A stretch of DNA of 64,000 nucleotides, from the NCBI GenBank assembly GCA_045863235.1, contig BTUM01000006.1:32001-96000 (forward strand), given 5' to 3'. The notes beneath the pieces were generated by a model, which saw only the letters and a list, made by a program, of their open reading frames with translations, was not told where the DNA came from and made no database searches. This document shows positions 37,983 through 48,585 of the stretch, one piece after another; the stretch's first letter is position 1, and every line of letters begins with the position of its first letter. The DNA is from Candidatus Xenobia bacterium (lineage in GTDB: Bacteria > Vulcanimicrobiota > Xenobia > Xenobiales > QWHO01). Both the position numbers and the translations under genes were made by a program.

Positions 37983-40056
37983 GGCGCCGCTCTTGGCTGT
38001 CCAGGCACGAACTCCTATCGCCCGTAGGGCTTTTTGGGATCACAGAGAACAGCCCCTGGATGAGCGGGAGGCGGTCAGGCAGTATACAGCCATGAGGGAA
38101 CTTGAGGCTCCTCAGGGGACCCCCCCTCAGCTCCGCTTGCTCCTCGGTCGACTCGACGAAGCCCGTCGCAGCTCCGAGCCGGCCATGGTGGAGCTCGACC
38201 GCGTTCTCTACCACATGCTCCGCTTCTTCACCGGCCTGGCGCTGCAAGCGCTCCAGAATGAGGGAACATGCGTCCCAGCCCAGCTCAGGGCGATGCGCGC
38301 TCAGGCTGAAACCGTGGCCGGGGCTGAGAAGGTGTTCAAGTCGGCTGTGAATTCGCTCAGCTCTCGGGTTCGCAGCTGGCGCTCGGAGCAGCTTCTCGAG
38401 CTCTTCTTCGGGGGCATCGAGCGCCCCGAGAATCGCACCCTGGCCCGCTGGTTGGGGTTGGGGGGTGAACCGCACCCGGCCCCGCTGCTTTCAGCCCGCC
38501 CTCGGGGCGAGAGCCTGCTGGAACCCTCCGTGGAGCTGATCGCGGACTGGTTGACCGAGGCCGCCCCCATCTTTTCCGAGGAGGTGTGGACGCTCGACCG
38601 CGAGGTGGCCACCCTGGTCGGAAGCGCCATCCCAAGCTCGCGAACGCGCACCAAGCCCTTGCCCGTGCCGGGCGACCCCATGTCGGTCGAGCAGGCTCAC
38701 CTGACCGAGGTGGTCGAGTCGTGGGCGGCCCTGGTGCTCGAGCCCCCCCTCCCGCTCGATGACGAGGCCCTGATGGATCTCCTGCGCCACTACTTGCTGG
38801 CCATCGAGACCCGGGCGGCCGGGTATCTGGCGCGCAATGCCTTCGAGCTGGCCGAGCATGACTACGAAGCCCTCACAGGCTACGCCCACGGAGCGCGCGG
38901 CCGCCATCCACTGGCTTCCATCCTGGCGAACGCCATGGGCGGACGCGGTCGATGCCGAAGCTGTCAGGGGCATTTCGACGAGGCCGAGCGCGACTTCGAG
39001 ATCGCCTTGCGCATGCACCGCGAGCTGCTCAACCGCGAGCCCACGCCCCAGGGGGCCGCCGCCCTGGCCTGGGCTTTGCTCTATCGAGCGCTCAACCAGC
39101 GCTGCCAGGGAAGGGTGGAGTTGGCCCTCTCCGACCTTGACGTGGCCAGCCAGTTTGCCGAGCTGGCCCCGGGCGACGATCTGCTCAAGCAGGCTCTGGC
39201 CCGGGAACGCAGCACCATGCAGCCCTCCGCCAAAACGATGACCTACCTCAACGAGGAGATCCAGTTGCTCAAGTCTCAGGGAGCCGCTTCGGCTCAGCTC
39301 GAGCTGGCCTGCGCCCTGGTCGAGCGCTCCATGCGGCTGGACCCGCAATTGAAGGACACCCGGGCCCTCAGCGACCGCAAGAATGCCCTGACGATTTTGA
39401 AGAAACTGCGGAAGAACGACCCCGGCCTGACGGTGAGCGCCCTGCGCAACCGGCCCTGTCGCTGGGGCCGTTCCCCCCACGACCTGGCGGTCTGGGAATC
39501 CGACCTCCGGCTGGTGCGGGCCTGCGCCGAGGTCCTCAATGAGGACCCTGACCTGAATTCGTTCCTGCGCGATGCGCTGGAGCTGGCCGAAGGCATGCTG
39601 CAGCACAGTTTCTTCCCGGAGGGCTTCCTCAACGAGCTGTTCGAGTTGTTCACCGATCTGGCCAATCGCGACGCTCGTCACTATGAGCCCGGTTGGCAGG
39701 CCGAGCACTGGATGCGGTTGCGGGTGCACTTTGCCGACAGGGGCGATTACGACCGGGCCATTCGCTGCATGGTGATGGAGGCAGTCGCCTTGCGCCGACG
39801 CAGCTCCGAGGAGGACGTGATGAGCCTGGTGGTCTTGCTCGACACCCTCGGTCAGGTGCTGGAGGCTGCTCCGGTCAGCGTTGGCCTTGAGCCCCTGGGG
39901 CCGAGTTTTCGGATGGTGAATAGCTACCGGGCGCGTTACCCCGAGCTCAGGGCTCCCATCCAGGCCATGGCCAATCGCTGGCGGGCTCTCCCCCTCATGA
40001 TCCCGGCTCGAGCCGGGGCTGACCGCCCCCTGCTGGCTGCTCTGGCCGAAGGCTGA
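37981..40056 (+). CDS. Helical/TPR-containing hypothetical protein
   Basis: Long ORF with TPR-like segments (GHFDEAERDFEIAL; GRVELALSDLDVA). The true start may be the ATG at 38092. Confidence 0.7.
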   Translation: MAPLLAVQARTPIARRAFWDHREQPLDEREAVRQYTAMRELEAPQGTPPQLRLLLGRLDEARRSSEPAMVELDRVLYHMLRFFTGLALQALQNEGTCVPAQLRAMRAQAETVAGAEKVFKSAVNSLSSRVRSWRSEQLLELFFGGIERPENRTLARWLGLGGEPHPAPLLSARPRGESLLEPSVELIADWLTEAAPIFSEEVWTLDREVATLVGSAIPSSRTRTKPLPVPGDPMSVEQAHLTEVVESWAALVLEPPLPLDDEALMDLLRHYLLAIETRAAGYLARNAFELAEHDYEALTGYAHGARGRHPLASILANAMGGRGRCRSCQGHFDEAERDFEIALRMHRELLNREPTPQGAAALAWALLYRALNQRCQGRVELALSDLDVASQFAELAPGDDLLKQALARERSTMQPSAKTMTYLNEEIQLLKSQGAASAQLELACALVERSMRLDPQLKDTRALSDRKNALTILKKLRKNDPGLTVSALRNRPCRWGRSPHDLAVWESDLRLVRACAEVLNEDPDLNSFLRDALELAEGMLQHSFFPEGFLNELFELFTDLANRDARHYEPGWQAEHWMRLRVHFADRGDYDRAIRCMVMEAVALRRRSSEEDVMSLVVLLDTLGQVLEAAPVSVGLEPLGPSFRMVNSYRARYPELRAPIQAMANRWRALPLMIPARAGADRPLLAALAEG

Positions 40057-40064
40057 GCCTGGCT

Positions 40065-40937
40065 TCAGGCGGTAGTTGGCGCGAGAGTTTTCGCCGGACG
40101 CCTGGCGTTCAATGCCATGGTGAACAGCCCGGCGGTGAAGAACATCAGCACGCTGTACAGGGCGGCCGGCATGGCATAGGCATAGACGTTCAGCACCGAC
40201 AGGGCCATGTAGATAGCCAGCGTGCCGTTGTGGATGCCCACCTCCATCGAGATGGCGATGGCCTGATTTCGGGGCAGCTTGATCAGGAGGGGCAACAGGT
40301 AGCCCACGGCCAGGCTGAGCAGATTGAAGAGCAACACCGCCCCGCCCAGTTGGGCCATGCTGGCCAGCATCTTCTCGCGCTCCTGAGCGATGGCGGCCAC
40401 GATCAAGACGACCAGGAGCAGGATGGAGAAGACGCGGATCGGCCTGTCCATTCGGTCGGCGAAATCGGGCTTGCGAGCCTTGACCACCATCCCGATGATG
40501 ACGGGGACCAGCACGATGGCAAAGACCTCGATGGCCTTCTTGAACTGGAAGCCCACCTGCTGCTCGGCGCCCGCAAAATGGGCGATGGAGAGGCCCACGA
40601 TGAGGGGCAGGCTGACGGCGGCCAGCACGCTGTTGACGGCGGTCAGGGTAATGTTCAGCGCCACGTCTCCTCGGGCCAGGTGGGAGTAGATGTTGGCGGT
40701 CACTCCCCCGGGGCTGGCGGCCAGGATCATCATGCCGATGGAGAACTCGTTGGACAGCCCGAACAGCTTGCAGATCCCGAGCGCGAACAGGGGCAAGAGC
40801 AGCATCTGGGTCAGGAGGCCGATGATGACCGGCCTGGGTACTTTGAGAATGCGCAGGAAGTCGGCTCTGGTCAGGGACAGGCCCAGACCGAACATAATGA
40901 AGGCGAGGCCCAGGGGCAGAAACTTGGCAGCGAGCAT
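40065..40937 (-). CDS. Bile acid:sodium symporter (BASS/SBF) family transporter
   Basis: IMFGLGLSL, ASPGGVTAN, ARGDVAL and SMEVGIHNG; AAGGAG SD before the ATG at 40937. Confidence 0.92.
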   Translation of the reverse strand: MLAAKFLPLGLAFIMFGLGLSLTRADFLRILKVPRPVIIGLLTQMLLLPLFALGICKLFGLSNEFSIGMMILAASPGGVTANIYSHLARGDVALNITLTAVNSVLAAVSLPLIVGLSIAHFAGAEQQVGFQFKKAIEVFAIVLVPVIIGMVVKARKPDFADRMDRPIRVFSILLLVVLIVAAIAQEREKMLASMAQLGGAVLLFNLLSLAVGYLLPLLIKLPRNQAIAISMEVGIHNGTLAIYMALSVLNVYAYAMPAALYSVLMFFTAGLFTMALNARRPAKTLAPTTA

Positions 40938-41152
40938 GGGAGGGCTCCTTTCGGCGAAAGGCCGCCCATTCGAAGTCGACCGGATGATCCCTGGCGAGAG
41001 CATCCGGGCTTGCTACGAAAAGCTCACGCCTCGGCCTGAGCCAGGTCAGAAAGGGCTCTTGCGCCGGACGTTCATGACCTGTCCGGCCCAACAGGTTGTG
41101 TTCAAAATCACTCTCCAGGATGTCACGCAAGGGTCGAAGAATTCTAACGGGC

Positions 41153-41446
41153 ATGGGAAGCTTGTTCAGACGGAAACCGGCGGCTGAGGGTCCACCCGAC
41201 CCCGACCGGCTCAAGAGCCTTCTGTTCGACTCCGTGGCCCGGGGTCAGAAGGCCGAGACGGCCGCCCTGTGCCGCCAGCACCATGAGGCCATCTGGGGCT
41301 GCTGGCCGGGGTGGGTGTTCTTCCTCATGCAGCTTCAGTCCCAGCCGGATAAGGCGAAGGAATATGCCGCCTCGCTTCGGGGCATCGCGGACGCGATGGA
41401 CGAGGAGATGGGGGACAAGCGGTTCTTGAACGCGTTCGGGGGATAG
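41153..41446 (+). CDS. Hypothetical protein
   Basis: Short ORF filling the gap, with plausible codon usage. Confidence 0.5.
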   Translation: MGSLFRRKPAAEGPPDPDRLKSLLFDSVARGQKAETAALCRQHHEAIWGCWPGWVFFLMQLQSQPDKAKEYAASLRGIADAMDEEMGDKRFLNAFGG

Positions 41447-41491
41447 ACCGGGCCAGTTCCCTGCCGCTCCATGCAAACGCGCGTTGCTACC

Positions 41492-41842
41492 TCAGGCCAC
41501 GCGCTCCATCGTGTTGATCTCGTTCACCTTCTGAGTGGAGCGTCCGGCGCGCAACTCGTCGAGTTTGCGCTGGGCCTCCAGGCGGGCCAGGCAGCCGCAG
41601 TTGGAAGACCCGCACTCGGGGCAGATGGCCACCTCGGGATAGGATTCCGCGCTGCCGGCGGCCAGGGAGCCGTCCTCCACCTTGCCCTGCTTGAGGGCCT
41701 GCTTGGCCTCCTGGCTGAACTGGACATGCTGGTCGTCGCGCAAGGCCTCGGCCTTGCCCGCAAAGTTCTTGCCTTCGGCGCTGCGCAGGTCGGACTTGCT
41801 CCAGCGGCTGGACATTCCGGCGATGCTTTGAGGAATCTGCAT
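41492..41842 (-). CDS. Hypothetical protein with a CxxC-x4-CxC motif
   Basis: CPECGSSNCGC; good codon usage. Confidence 0.6.
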   Translation of the reverse strand: MQIPQSIAGMSSRWSKSDLRSAEGKNFAGKAEALRDDQHVQFSQEAKQALKQGKVEDGSLAAGSAESYPEVAICPECGSSNCGCLARLEAQRKLDELRAGRSTQKVNEINTMERVA

Positions 41843-41935
41843 GTCGAATGATTTCGCCTGACTCGCCTATCGCCCTTCTTCCGATCCACCGCTCCTTCCC
41901 TTTGGGAACGTTCGAACGACCGCCGGGGACCGGAG

Positions 41936-41970
41936 AAACAAAAAAGGCGCCCGCTCAAGCGGGCGCCTTC
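41936..41970 (-). terminator. Rho-independent terminator
   Basis: AAAAAAGGCGCCCGCT-CA-AGCGGGCGCCTT; U-tract on the minus strand after the VOC gene. Confidence 0.85.
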
Positions 41971-41981
41971 CCCAGAAGGCT

Positions 41982-42452
41982 TCAGGCGTGAGCCAGGACC
42001 TTCTTCTTGGAACGCTCCATGATCTCTTTGGGAGTCAGCGACTCCTTGCGGGTCATGAGCATCCATTCATGGCCGAACGGGTCCTTCACCTTGCCGTAGC
42101 GATCGCCCCAGAAGGCGTCTTCGAGCTTGGTGACCACCTTGGCGCCGGCCGAGACCGCGCGGTGGAAGACCTTGTCGCAGTCGAGGCAATAGAGCGTCAG
42201 AACCACCGGGGTGCCACCCAGCGCCTGGGGTGAGCGAGCGCCCATGTCCGGGAACTCGTCGCACAGGTAGAGGTGACAGCCGGCGATGTTCAGCTCGGCG
42301 TGCATGATCTTCTTGCCGTCGGGCGAAGGCATGCGCATCAGCTCTTCGGCCAGGAAGACCTTTTTGTAGAAATCGATCGCCTTGGCGGCATCCTTGACGA
42401 TCAGATGAGGAATCAGGGGCATTGCGCCCTGAGGAACCGGACTCAACTCCAT
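41982..42452 (-). CDS. VOC family protein (PhnB-like glyoxalase)
   Basis: AIDFYKKVF, IMHAEL and FWGDRYGKVKDPFGHEW. Confidence 0.92.
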   Translation of the reverse strand: MELSPVPQGAMPLIPHLIVKDAAKAIDFYKKVFLAEELMRMPSPDGKKIMHAELNIAGCHLYLCDEFPDMGARSPQALGGTPVVLTLYCLDCDKVFHRAVSAGAKVVTKLEDAFWGDRYGKVKDPFGHEWMLMTRKESLTPKEIMERSKKKVLAHA

Positions 42453-42573
42453 GTTGAGAACCCCCCTTCAGGATTAAGGTGGAGCGCGTTTCTCGCTAGC
42501 CACCCCCACTCCTGCTTTGAAAAACTGTCGATCTTGGCAGGAGTTCTTCGGCCCAGCACACAAACAGCCGCCC

Positions 42574-43488
42574 GTGAACGCCAGTCTGGCCACTTTCGAG
42601 CGCAGCACGCTGCCGCTTCCCGACCGTCGCGAGGGGAAAGTGCGCGACAGCTACGCCCTGGGTCAGGCCAGGCGGCTGTTCGTGACCACCGATCGCCTGT
42701 CGGCCTTCGACCGGGTGCTCGGCTGCGTGCCCTACAAGGGCCAGGTGCTCAACCAGCTGGCTGCCTGGTGGTTCGAGCGCACCGGACACATTCTGGCCAA
42801 CCACGCGCTGTCGGTCCCCGACGAGAATGCGCTGGTGGCGCGCGAGGCCACTCCCCTGCCGGTGGAGATCATCGTGCGCGGCTACATCACCGGGGTGACC
42901 GAGACCTCGCTCTGGTATCGCTACAGCCTGGGCGAGCGCACAATCTACGGTCACCAGCTGCCGGACGGCCTGACCATGGACCAGAAGCTGCCCGAGCCCC
43001 TGCTCACCCCCACCACCAAGGGAGGGCCGACCGGCCATGACGAACGGCTGACCTGCCGCCAGGTGACCGAGGAGGGCCATCTCGACGAGGCCACCTGGGA
43101 GAAGGCCAGCCAGGCGGCTCTGGCCCTGTTCGCCTTCGGCTCCGAAACAGCCCGAGAGCGCGGGCTGACCCTGGTGGACTCGAAGTACGAGTTCGGCACC
43201 ACCGCCGAGGGAGAGCTGATCCTGATCGACGAGGTGCATACCCCCGACAGCTCGCGCTTCTGGAAGGACGGAGAGAACCTGGACAAGGAGTTCGTGCGCC
43301 GCGCCTTCGCCGAGCAGGGCTATCGGGGCGAAGGGGAGCCACCCGCGATGCCCCCCGAGCTGTGGCAACGCGCCAGCAAGCTCTATATCTCTATCTTTGA
43401 GCTGCTGACCGGCCAGGGCTTTGTGCCCGGCCAGCAGCCGGTGGGTCCGCGCCTGGAGCGCAACCTGCGCCAGGAGGGCTGGCTGTGA
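42574..43488 (+). CDS. purC: Phosphoribosylaminoimidazole-succinocarboxamide (SAICAR) synthase
   Basis: [25 protein letters not shown] and [12 protein letters not shown]. Confidence 0.95.
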   Translation: MNASLATFERSTLPLPDRREGKVRDSYALGQARRLFVTTDRLSAFDRVLGCVPYKGQVLNQLAAWWFERTGHILANHALSVPDENALVAREATPLPVEIIVRGYITGVTETSLWYRYSLGERTIYGHQLPDGLTMDQKLPEPLLTPTTKGGPTGHDERLTCRQVTEEGHLDEATWEKASQAALALFAFGSETARERGLTLVDSKYEFGTTAEGELILIDEVHTPDSSRFWKDGENLDKEFVRRAFAEQGYRGEGEPPAMPPELWQRASKLYISIFELLTGQGFVPGQQPVGPRLERNLRQEGWL

Positions 43489-43970
43489 ATCCGCTGGTGG
43501 GCGTGGTGATGGGCTCCAGGAGCGACTGGGATACGATGCGCGAGGCCAGCGCTCTGCTCGAGCAACTGGGCATCGCCCACGAGGTGCGGGTGGTCAGCGC
43601 TCATCGCACTCCCGACCTTCTCTTCGAGTACGCCGAGACCGCTCGCAAGCGCGGCCTGCAGGTGATCATCGCCGGCGCCGGGGGGGCCGCCCACCTGCCC
43701 GGGATGCTGGCCAGCAAAACCAGCCTTCCCGTGCTCGGCGTGCCGGTGCAGTCGCGGTCGCTCCAGGGGATGGACTCGCTGCTCTCCATCGTTCAGATGC
43801 CCCGGGGCGTGCCCGTGGGCACGCTGGCCATCGGGCCGGCGGGGGCTGCCAACGCAGCCCTGCTGGCCGCCTCCATCCTGAGCCTGCAGGACCTAAAAGT
43901 GCTCCAGGCCCTGGAGAGTTATCGCAAGAAACAGACCGAGGGCTCGCTGGCGGTAGGAGACCCGCGATGA
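43485..43970 (+). CDS. purE: N5-CAIR mutase
   Basis: [22 protein letters not shown] and VQMPRGVPV. Confidence 0.97.
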   Translation: MNPLVGVVMGSRSDWDTMREASALLEQLGIAHEVRVVSAHRTPDLLFEYAETARKRGLQVIIAGAGGAAHLPGMLASKTSLPVLGVPVQSRSLQGMDSLLSIVQMPRGVPVGTLAIGPAGAANAALLAASILSLQDLKVLQALESYRKKQTEGSLAVGDPR

Positions 43971-44935
43971 AGATCGGCGTGCTCGGGGGCGGCCAGCTCG
44001 GTCGCATGCTGGCCCTGGCCGGCATTCCCATGGGACTGGAGTTCCGCTTTCTGGAGGAACGCCCCGAGGCCGTGCGCGGTCTGGGCGAGTGCTGCACCGA
44101 CCTGGAGGAGTTCGCCCGGGAGCTGGACGCGGTCACCTTCGAGTTTGAGAACGTGCCCCTCGAGTCGGTGCGCTGGCTCGAGCAGCGCCTGCCGGTCTGG
44201 CCATCCTCGCGGGCCCTGGAGGTCTCTTGCGACCGGCTGGCCGAGAAAGAATTCCTGCGCTCGCTTTCCATCCCCACCGCTCCCTACGGCCCGGACATCG
44301 CCTACCCGGCCCTGGCCAAGAAGCGGCGGCTGGGCTACGACGGCAAGGGCCAGCGCCGCATCGCCCGGCCCGACGAGCTCAAAGAGGATGAGCTGGCCGA
44401 GGAGATCCTCGCGTTCGAGCGCGAGCTGGCCCTGCTGGCGGTGCGCTCCAAAGCAGGCGAGATCAGGACCTATCCTCTCACCGAGACGGTGCATCGCGAC
44501 GGCATCCTGGTCAAAGCGAGCGCGCCGGCCGAAGGGCCGTTCTGCGAATACGCCCGCTTGATCCTGGAGAAGCTCGATTACGTGGGGGTGCTGGCCCTGG
44601 AGATGTTCGAGCATCAGGGTCGCCTGCTGGCCAACGAGCTGGCCCCGCGGGTGCACAACTCGGGCCACTGGACCATCGAGGGCGCCCTCACCAGCCAGTT
44701 CGAGAACCACCTGCGGGCCGGTCTGGGCTGGCCGCTGGGGGACACGAAAGCCCGCGATCAGGTCGTGATGTACAACCTGATCGGCGAGCTGCCCGGTCCC
44801 GAGCGCTTCCCGGGAGCCCACTACCACGCCTATGGCAAAGCTCCCCGGCCGGGGCGCAAGGTTGGCCACGTCACGCTGCTGGGCGGCGGCATCCTTCCCG
44901 AGCTGGAGGTGGCCTGTGCTCGATCGGCCCCGTGA
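43967..44935 (+). CDS. purK: N5-CAIR synthetase
   Basis: [35 protein letters not shown] and RKVGH. Confidence 0.95.
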   Translation: MKIGVLGGGQLGRMLALAGIPMGLEFRFLEERPEAVRGLGECCTDLEEFARELDAVTFEFENVPLESVRWLEQRLPVWPSSRALEVSCDRLAEKEFLRSLSIPTAPYGPDIAYPALAKKRRLGYDGKGQRRIARPDELKEDELAEEILAFERELALLAVRSKAGEIRTYPLTETVHRDGILVKASAPAEGPFCEYARLILEKLDYVGVLALEMFEHQGRLLANELAPRVHNSGHWTIEGALTSQFENHLRAGLGWPLGDTKARDQVVMYNLIGELPGPERFPGAHYHAYGKAPRPGRKVGHVTLLGGGILPELEVACARSAP

Positions 44936-46325
44936 AGAGTGCGGCGTGCTGGGCATCTGCGCCCCTGGCCAGGACGTGGCCCGCATGGCCTTCTTCGGCC
45001 TGTTCGCCCTGCAGCACCGGGGCCAGGAGGCGGCCGGGATCGCCGCCACCGACGGCACCGCCATCCGCATCCACAAGGGGCTGGGGCTGGTGGCCCAGGC
45101 CTTCGATGAGACCGCCCTGGCGCCCCTGACCGGCCCCCTGGCCATCGCTCACACCCGCTATTCCACCACCGGAGAGCCCCAGCTTCGCAACGCCCAGCCC
45201 TTCGTACTCGAAACCAGGCACGGCCCGGTGGCGGTGGCTCACAACGGCAACCTGATCAACGCCGCGATGCTGCGTCGCGAGCTTCTGGAGAACGGCATCG
45301 GCCTGTCCTCGAGCTCGGACACCGAGGTGCTGATCATGATGCTGGCCGGGTCGGGGGGCGAGAGCTGGACCGAGCGCATCAAGAGCTGCATGGCCCGCTG
45401 GCGGGGGGCTTACTGCCTGACGGTGCTGACCCGCGAGGCGGTCTACGCTGTGCGCGATCCCTGGGGCTTCCGCCCTTTGAGCGTGGGCAAGCTGCCCGAT
45501 GGAGGCTGGGCGGCCGCTTCCGAGACCGGGGCGCTGCGCACTCTCGGCTGCAACGAGATCCGCGAAGTGGAGCCGGGCCAGATCGTGCGCCTGACGGCCG
45601 ACGAGGTCGAGGTGACTCAGGGCATCAAGCCCGCCCCCCGGCGCGCGCTCTGCGTCTTCGAGCACGTCTACTTTTCTCGCCCCGACGCACGCTTTGACGA
45701 CCTGTCGGTGCACGCCGTGCGCCAGCGGCTGGGCGAGGAGCTGGCCCGCGAGCATCCGGCCGAGGTGGACGTGGTCATCCCCGTGCCCGACTCCAGCGTG
45801 CCCGCGGCCATCGGCTACGCCCGCGAGCTCAATCTCGAGTACAACGACGGCTTCATCAAGAACCGTTACATCGGCCGCACCTTCATCCAGCCCAGCGACG
45901 CCCTGCGGCGCCAGGGCGTGGCCATGAAGTTCCTGCCCCTGGCCGACAACCTGAAGGGGCGCCGGGTGGTGATGATCGACGACAGCATCGTGCGCGGCAA
46001 CACCTCCGGCCAGCTCGTCACCATGCTGCGCCAGGCGGGGGCGAGCCAGGTGCACATGCGCATCACCTGCCCGCCCATTTTGCACCCCTGCTACATGGGG
46101 GTGGACATGGGCACCTATGACGAGCTGATCGCCCATCGTCTCGGGCCCGAGCAGATCGGCCAGGCGGTGGGGGCTGACAGCCTGGCCTTCTTGTCGCTGG
46201 AGGGGATGATGCGCGCGGTGGGCCGTCCTGACGGCTACTGCCAGGCCTGTTTCACCGGGGACTATCCGCTGGATCTGTCCCACGATCGTCTGAAAACCGG
46301 GTTTGAGGGAGCCATCGCCGGATGA
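44916..46325 (+). CDS. purF: Amidophosphoribosyltransferase
   Basis: Propeptide then EECG, LQHRGQE, HNGN, VPDS and DDSIVRG; GGAGG SD. Confidence 0.97.
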   Translation: MLDRPREECGVLGICAPGQDVARMAFFGLFALQHRGQEAAGIAATDGTAIRIHKGLGLVAQAFDETALAPLTGPLAIAHTRYSTTGEPQLRNAQPFVLETRHGPVAVAHNGNLINAAMLRRELLENGIGLSSSSDTEVLIMMLAGSGGESWTERIKSCMARWRGAYCLTVLTREAVYAVRDPWGFRPLSVGKLPDGGWAAASETGALRTLGCNEIREVEPGQIVRLTADEVEVTQGIKPAPRRALCVFEHVYFSRPDARFDDLSVHAVRQRLGEELAREHPAEVDVVIPVPDSSVPAAIGYARELNLEYNDGFIKNRYIGRTFIQPSDALRRQGVAMKFLPLADNLKGRRVVMIDDSIVRGNTSGQLVTMLRQAGASQVHMRITCPPILHPCYMGVDMGTYDELIAHRLGPEQIGQAVGADSLAFLSLEGMMRAVGRPDGYCQACFTGDYPLDLSHDRLKTGFEGAIAG

Positions 46326-47614
46326 AGGTGCTGCTGGTGGGAGGGGGAGGTCGCGAGCACGCGCTGGCCTGGAAGCTGGTCGCTTCGCCGCTCCTGGACG
46401 AGCTGGTGGTGACTCCGGGCAACGCCGGCACGCGGCTGATGGCGGGCCAGCCATTGGACTCGACTCAGCGGGCCGAGGCGCGCTCTGGTCCACTGCAGGT
46501 CGTCACCCGGGTGCTCGCCCTGGGACGGTGCGGGGCGCCGGTTCGCCACGAAACGAGCAGCCCGGAGGAGCTCTGCCGTCGGGAGCGCTTCGACCTGGTG
46601 GTGGTCGGCCCCGAGGCGCCCCTGGCCGCGGGGCTGGGCGACCGGCTGGAAGTGCCGGTCTTCGGGCCTTCCCAGCGCGCGGCCGAGATCGAGAGCTCCA
46701 AGAGCTTCTCCAAGGACTTCATGCTGCGCCATGGCATCCCCACTGCCCGGCACCGCTGTTTCACCGATCCCGAGCAGGCCCGCGCCTATGTCGCCGGGGT
46801 CGATCATCCGGTGGTGCTCAAGGCCAGCGGCCTGGCAGCCGGGAAGGGAGTGCTGCTGCCCGAGCCCGGCCCGGCCACCCTGGATGCGCTCGAGGCCCTG
46901 ATGCGGACCGAGGCCGGCCGCGAGGTGGTCGTCGAGGAGCGACTCGAGGGCCGCGAGGTCTCGCTGATGGGCTTTTGCGACGGCGAGCGGGTGCTGCCCA
47001 TGCGGGCGGTGCGCGACCACAAGCGCCTGCTCGACGGCGACCGCGGTCCCAACACCGGCGGGATGGGGGCCGTGTCGCTGGAGGACGAGGTGGGGGAGTG
47101 GTGCGAGCTGGCCCTGGAGCCGGCCGTGAAAGGCCTCAGGTCCGAGGGCCGGCCCTTCGTGGGCGTGCTCTACGCGGGCCTGATGCTGACCCCTGATGGC
47201 CCCCGGGTGCTGGAGTACAACTGCCGCTTCGGAGACCCCGAGACCCAGGTGCTCATGGCCTTGCTCGAAAGTGATCTGCTGGAAGTGTGCCTGGCCTGCG
47301 CCGGCGGCAGGCTGGAAGAGGCGCGCTTTGGCGCGGGCCAGGCTGCCTGCGTGGTGATGGCCTCGCAAGGCTATCCCGACACGCCCCGCACGGGCGATGC
47401 GATCGACCTGGGAGCCGACCGCCCGGACAGCGTCGTCTTCCACGCCGGGACGAAGCTCGTGGGGGATCGGATCGTGACCGCCGGCGGGCGGGTGCTGGGC
47501 GTCACCGGGCTCGGCGCCACGCTCGAGCAGGCTCTGGGCCGAGCCTATGAGCGCGTCGGCGCCATCCACTTCCAAGGGGCCCACTACCGCACCGACATCG
47601 GGAGGACCGCATGA
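46322..47614 (+). CDS. purD: Phosphoribosylamine-glycine ligase
   Basis: GGGGREHA, GLAAGKGV, GPNTGGMG and EYNCRFGDPE. Confidence 0.96.
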   Translation: MKVLLVGGGGREHALAWKLVASPLLDELVVTPGNAGTRLMAGQPLDSTQRAEARSGPLQVVTRVLALGRCGAPVRHETSSPEELCRRERFDLVVVGPEAPLAAGLGDRLEVPVFGPSQRAAEIESSKSFSKDFMLRHGIPTARHRCFTDPEQARAYVAGVDHPVVLKASGLAAGKGVLLPEPGPATLDALEALMRTEAGREVVVEERLEGREVSLMGFCDGERVLPMRAVRDHKRLLDGDRGPNTGGMGAVSLEDEVGEWCELALEPAVKGLRSEGRPFVGVLYAGLMLTPDGPRVLEYNCRFGDPETQVLMALLESDLLEVCLACAGGRLEEARFGAGQAACVVMASQGYPDTPRTGDAIDLGADRPDSVVFHAGTKLVGDRIVTAGGRVLGVTGLGATLEQALGRAYERVGAIHFQGAHYRTDIGRTA

Positions 47615-48585
47615 CCGACTACGCCAGCTCCGGGGTCGATCTTCAAGCCGGCTCGCGCACCGTGGAGTTGATGGCCGAGGCGGTGCGCTCGACCTACGGG
47701 CCCGAGGTCCTGGCCGGCCTGGGCAGCTTCGGCGGCATCTACGACGCCAGCGCCCTGAAGAGCTTGAAAGCGCCCCTGCTGGTCGCCTCCACCGACGGGG
47801 TGGGCACCAAGGTGATGCTGGCCGCCCGTTTCGATCGCTTCGAGTCGCTCGGGGCCGACCTGGTCAACCACTGCGTCAACGACATCCTGGTGCAGGGGGC
47901 CCGTCCGCTCTTCTTTCTGGACTACCTGGCCAGCTCCAAGCTCGAGCCCGACAAGCTGGCCCGGGTGGTGACCGGGATGGCGGCAGCCTGCCGCGAGGCC
48001 GGCTGCGCCCTTCTTGGCGGTGAGACGGCCGAGATGCCGGGCGTCTACTGCGAGGGTCAGCTGGACGTGGTGGGGACGGTGGTGGGCCTGGTGGATCGCT
48101 CCGAGCGCCTGCCCCGCACCGGCCTTGCCCCGGGGGACGTGCTGGTGGGACTGGCCTCGAGCGGTCCGCACACCAACGGATACTCGCTGATCCGCAAGCT
48201 CTTTCCCGACCCGGATGCCGAGCTGGTGGAGGCACTGCTTCAGCCCCACCGTTCCTACCTGCGCACGCTGGGGGCCAGGTTGGGTCGGGTGAAGGCGCTG
48301 GCCCACATCACCGGGGGAGGGCTGCTCGAGAATCTGCCCCGGGTGCTGCCGATGGGCCTGCGGGCCCGAGTGGTCCGCTCGCGCTGGAAGGTTCCCCCGC
48401 TCTACGAGCGCATCGCCAGTCAGGGCGTGGCCGAGGAGGAGATGTTCCGGGTCTTCAACATGGGCATCGGGATGGTGGCCGTGCTGTCCGAGAGCGAGGT
48501 GGAGGCATTCTGCGAAGGTCTGGGGGTGGAGTCGTACGTGCTGGGCCAGCTGGAGACCGGCGAGCGGAGCGTGGTGCTGACGTGA
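47611..48585 (+). CDS. purM: AIR synthetase
   Basis: STDGVGTK, HCVND, GGETAEMP, SSGPHTNG, AHITGGG and FNMGIG. Confidence 0.96.
   Translation: MTDYASSGVDLQAGSRTVELMAEAVRSTYGPEVLAGLGSFGGIYDASALKSLKAPLLVASTDGVGTKVMLAARFDRFESLGADLVNHCVNDILVQGARPLFFLDYLASSKLEPDKLARVVTGMAAACREAGCALLGGETAEMPGVYCEGQLDVVGTVVGLVDRSERLPRTGLAPGDVLVGLASSGPHTNGYSLIRKLFPDPDAELVEALLQPHRSYLRTLGARLGRVKALAHITGGGLLENLPRVLPMGLRARVVRSRWKVPPLYERIASQGVAEEEMFRVFNMGIGMVAVLSESEVEAFCEGLGVESYVLGQLETGERSVVLT

Noticed and set aside
37980..37983. Head-to-head overlapping start codons (CATG) of the desulfurase and TPR genes
   Set aside because: This leaves no promoter space. The TPR gene more likely starts at the ATG at 38092.
14692..41214. 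Very long antisense ORFs (e.g. 14692-16875, 19177-21468, 26514-29105, 38491-41214)
   Set aside because: They mirror real genes on the opposite strand, as expected in high-GC DNA, and show no domain motifs.
42453..42573. Purine/ZTP/PRPP riboswitch upstream of purC
   Set aside because: Only an 8-bp inverted repeat (ACTCCTGC/GCAGGAGT, 42508-42544) is present; no recognisable aptamer consensus.
43421..43966. Long N-terminal extension of PurK
   Set aside because: Shadow frame over purE. The real start is the ATG at 43967, which overlaps the purE stop.
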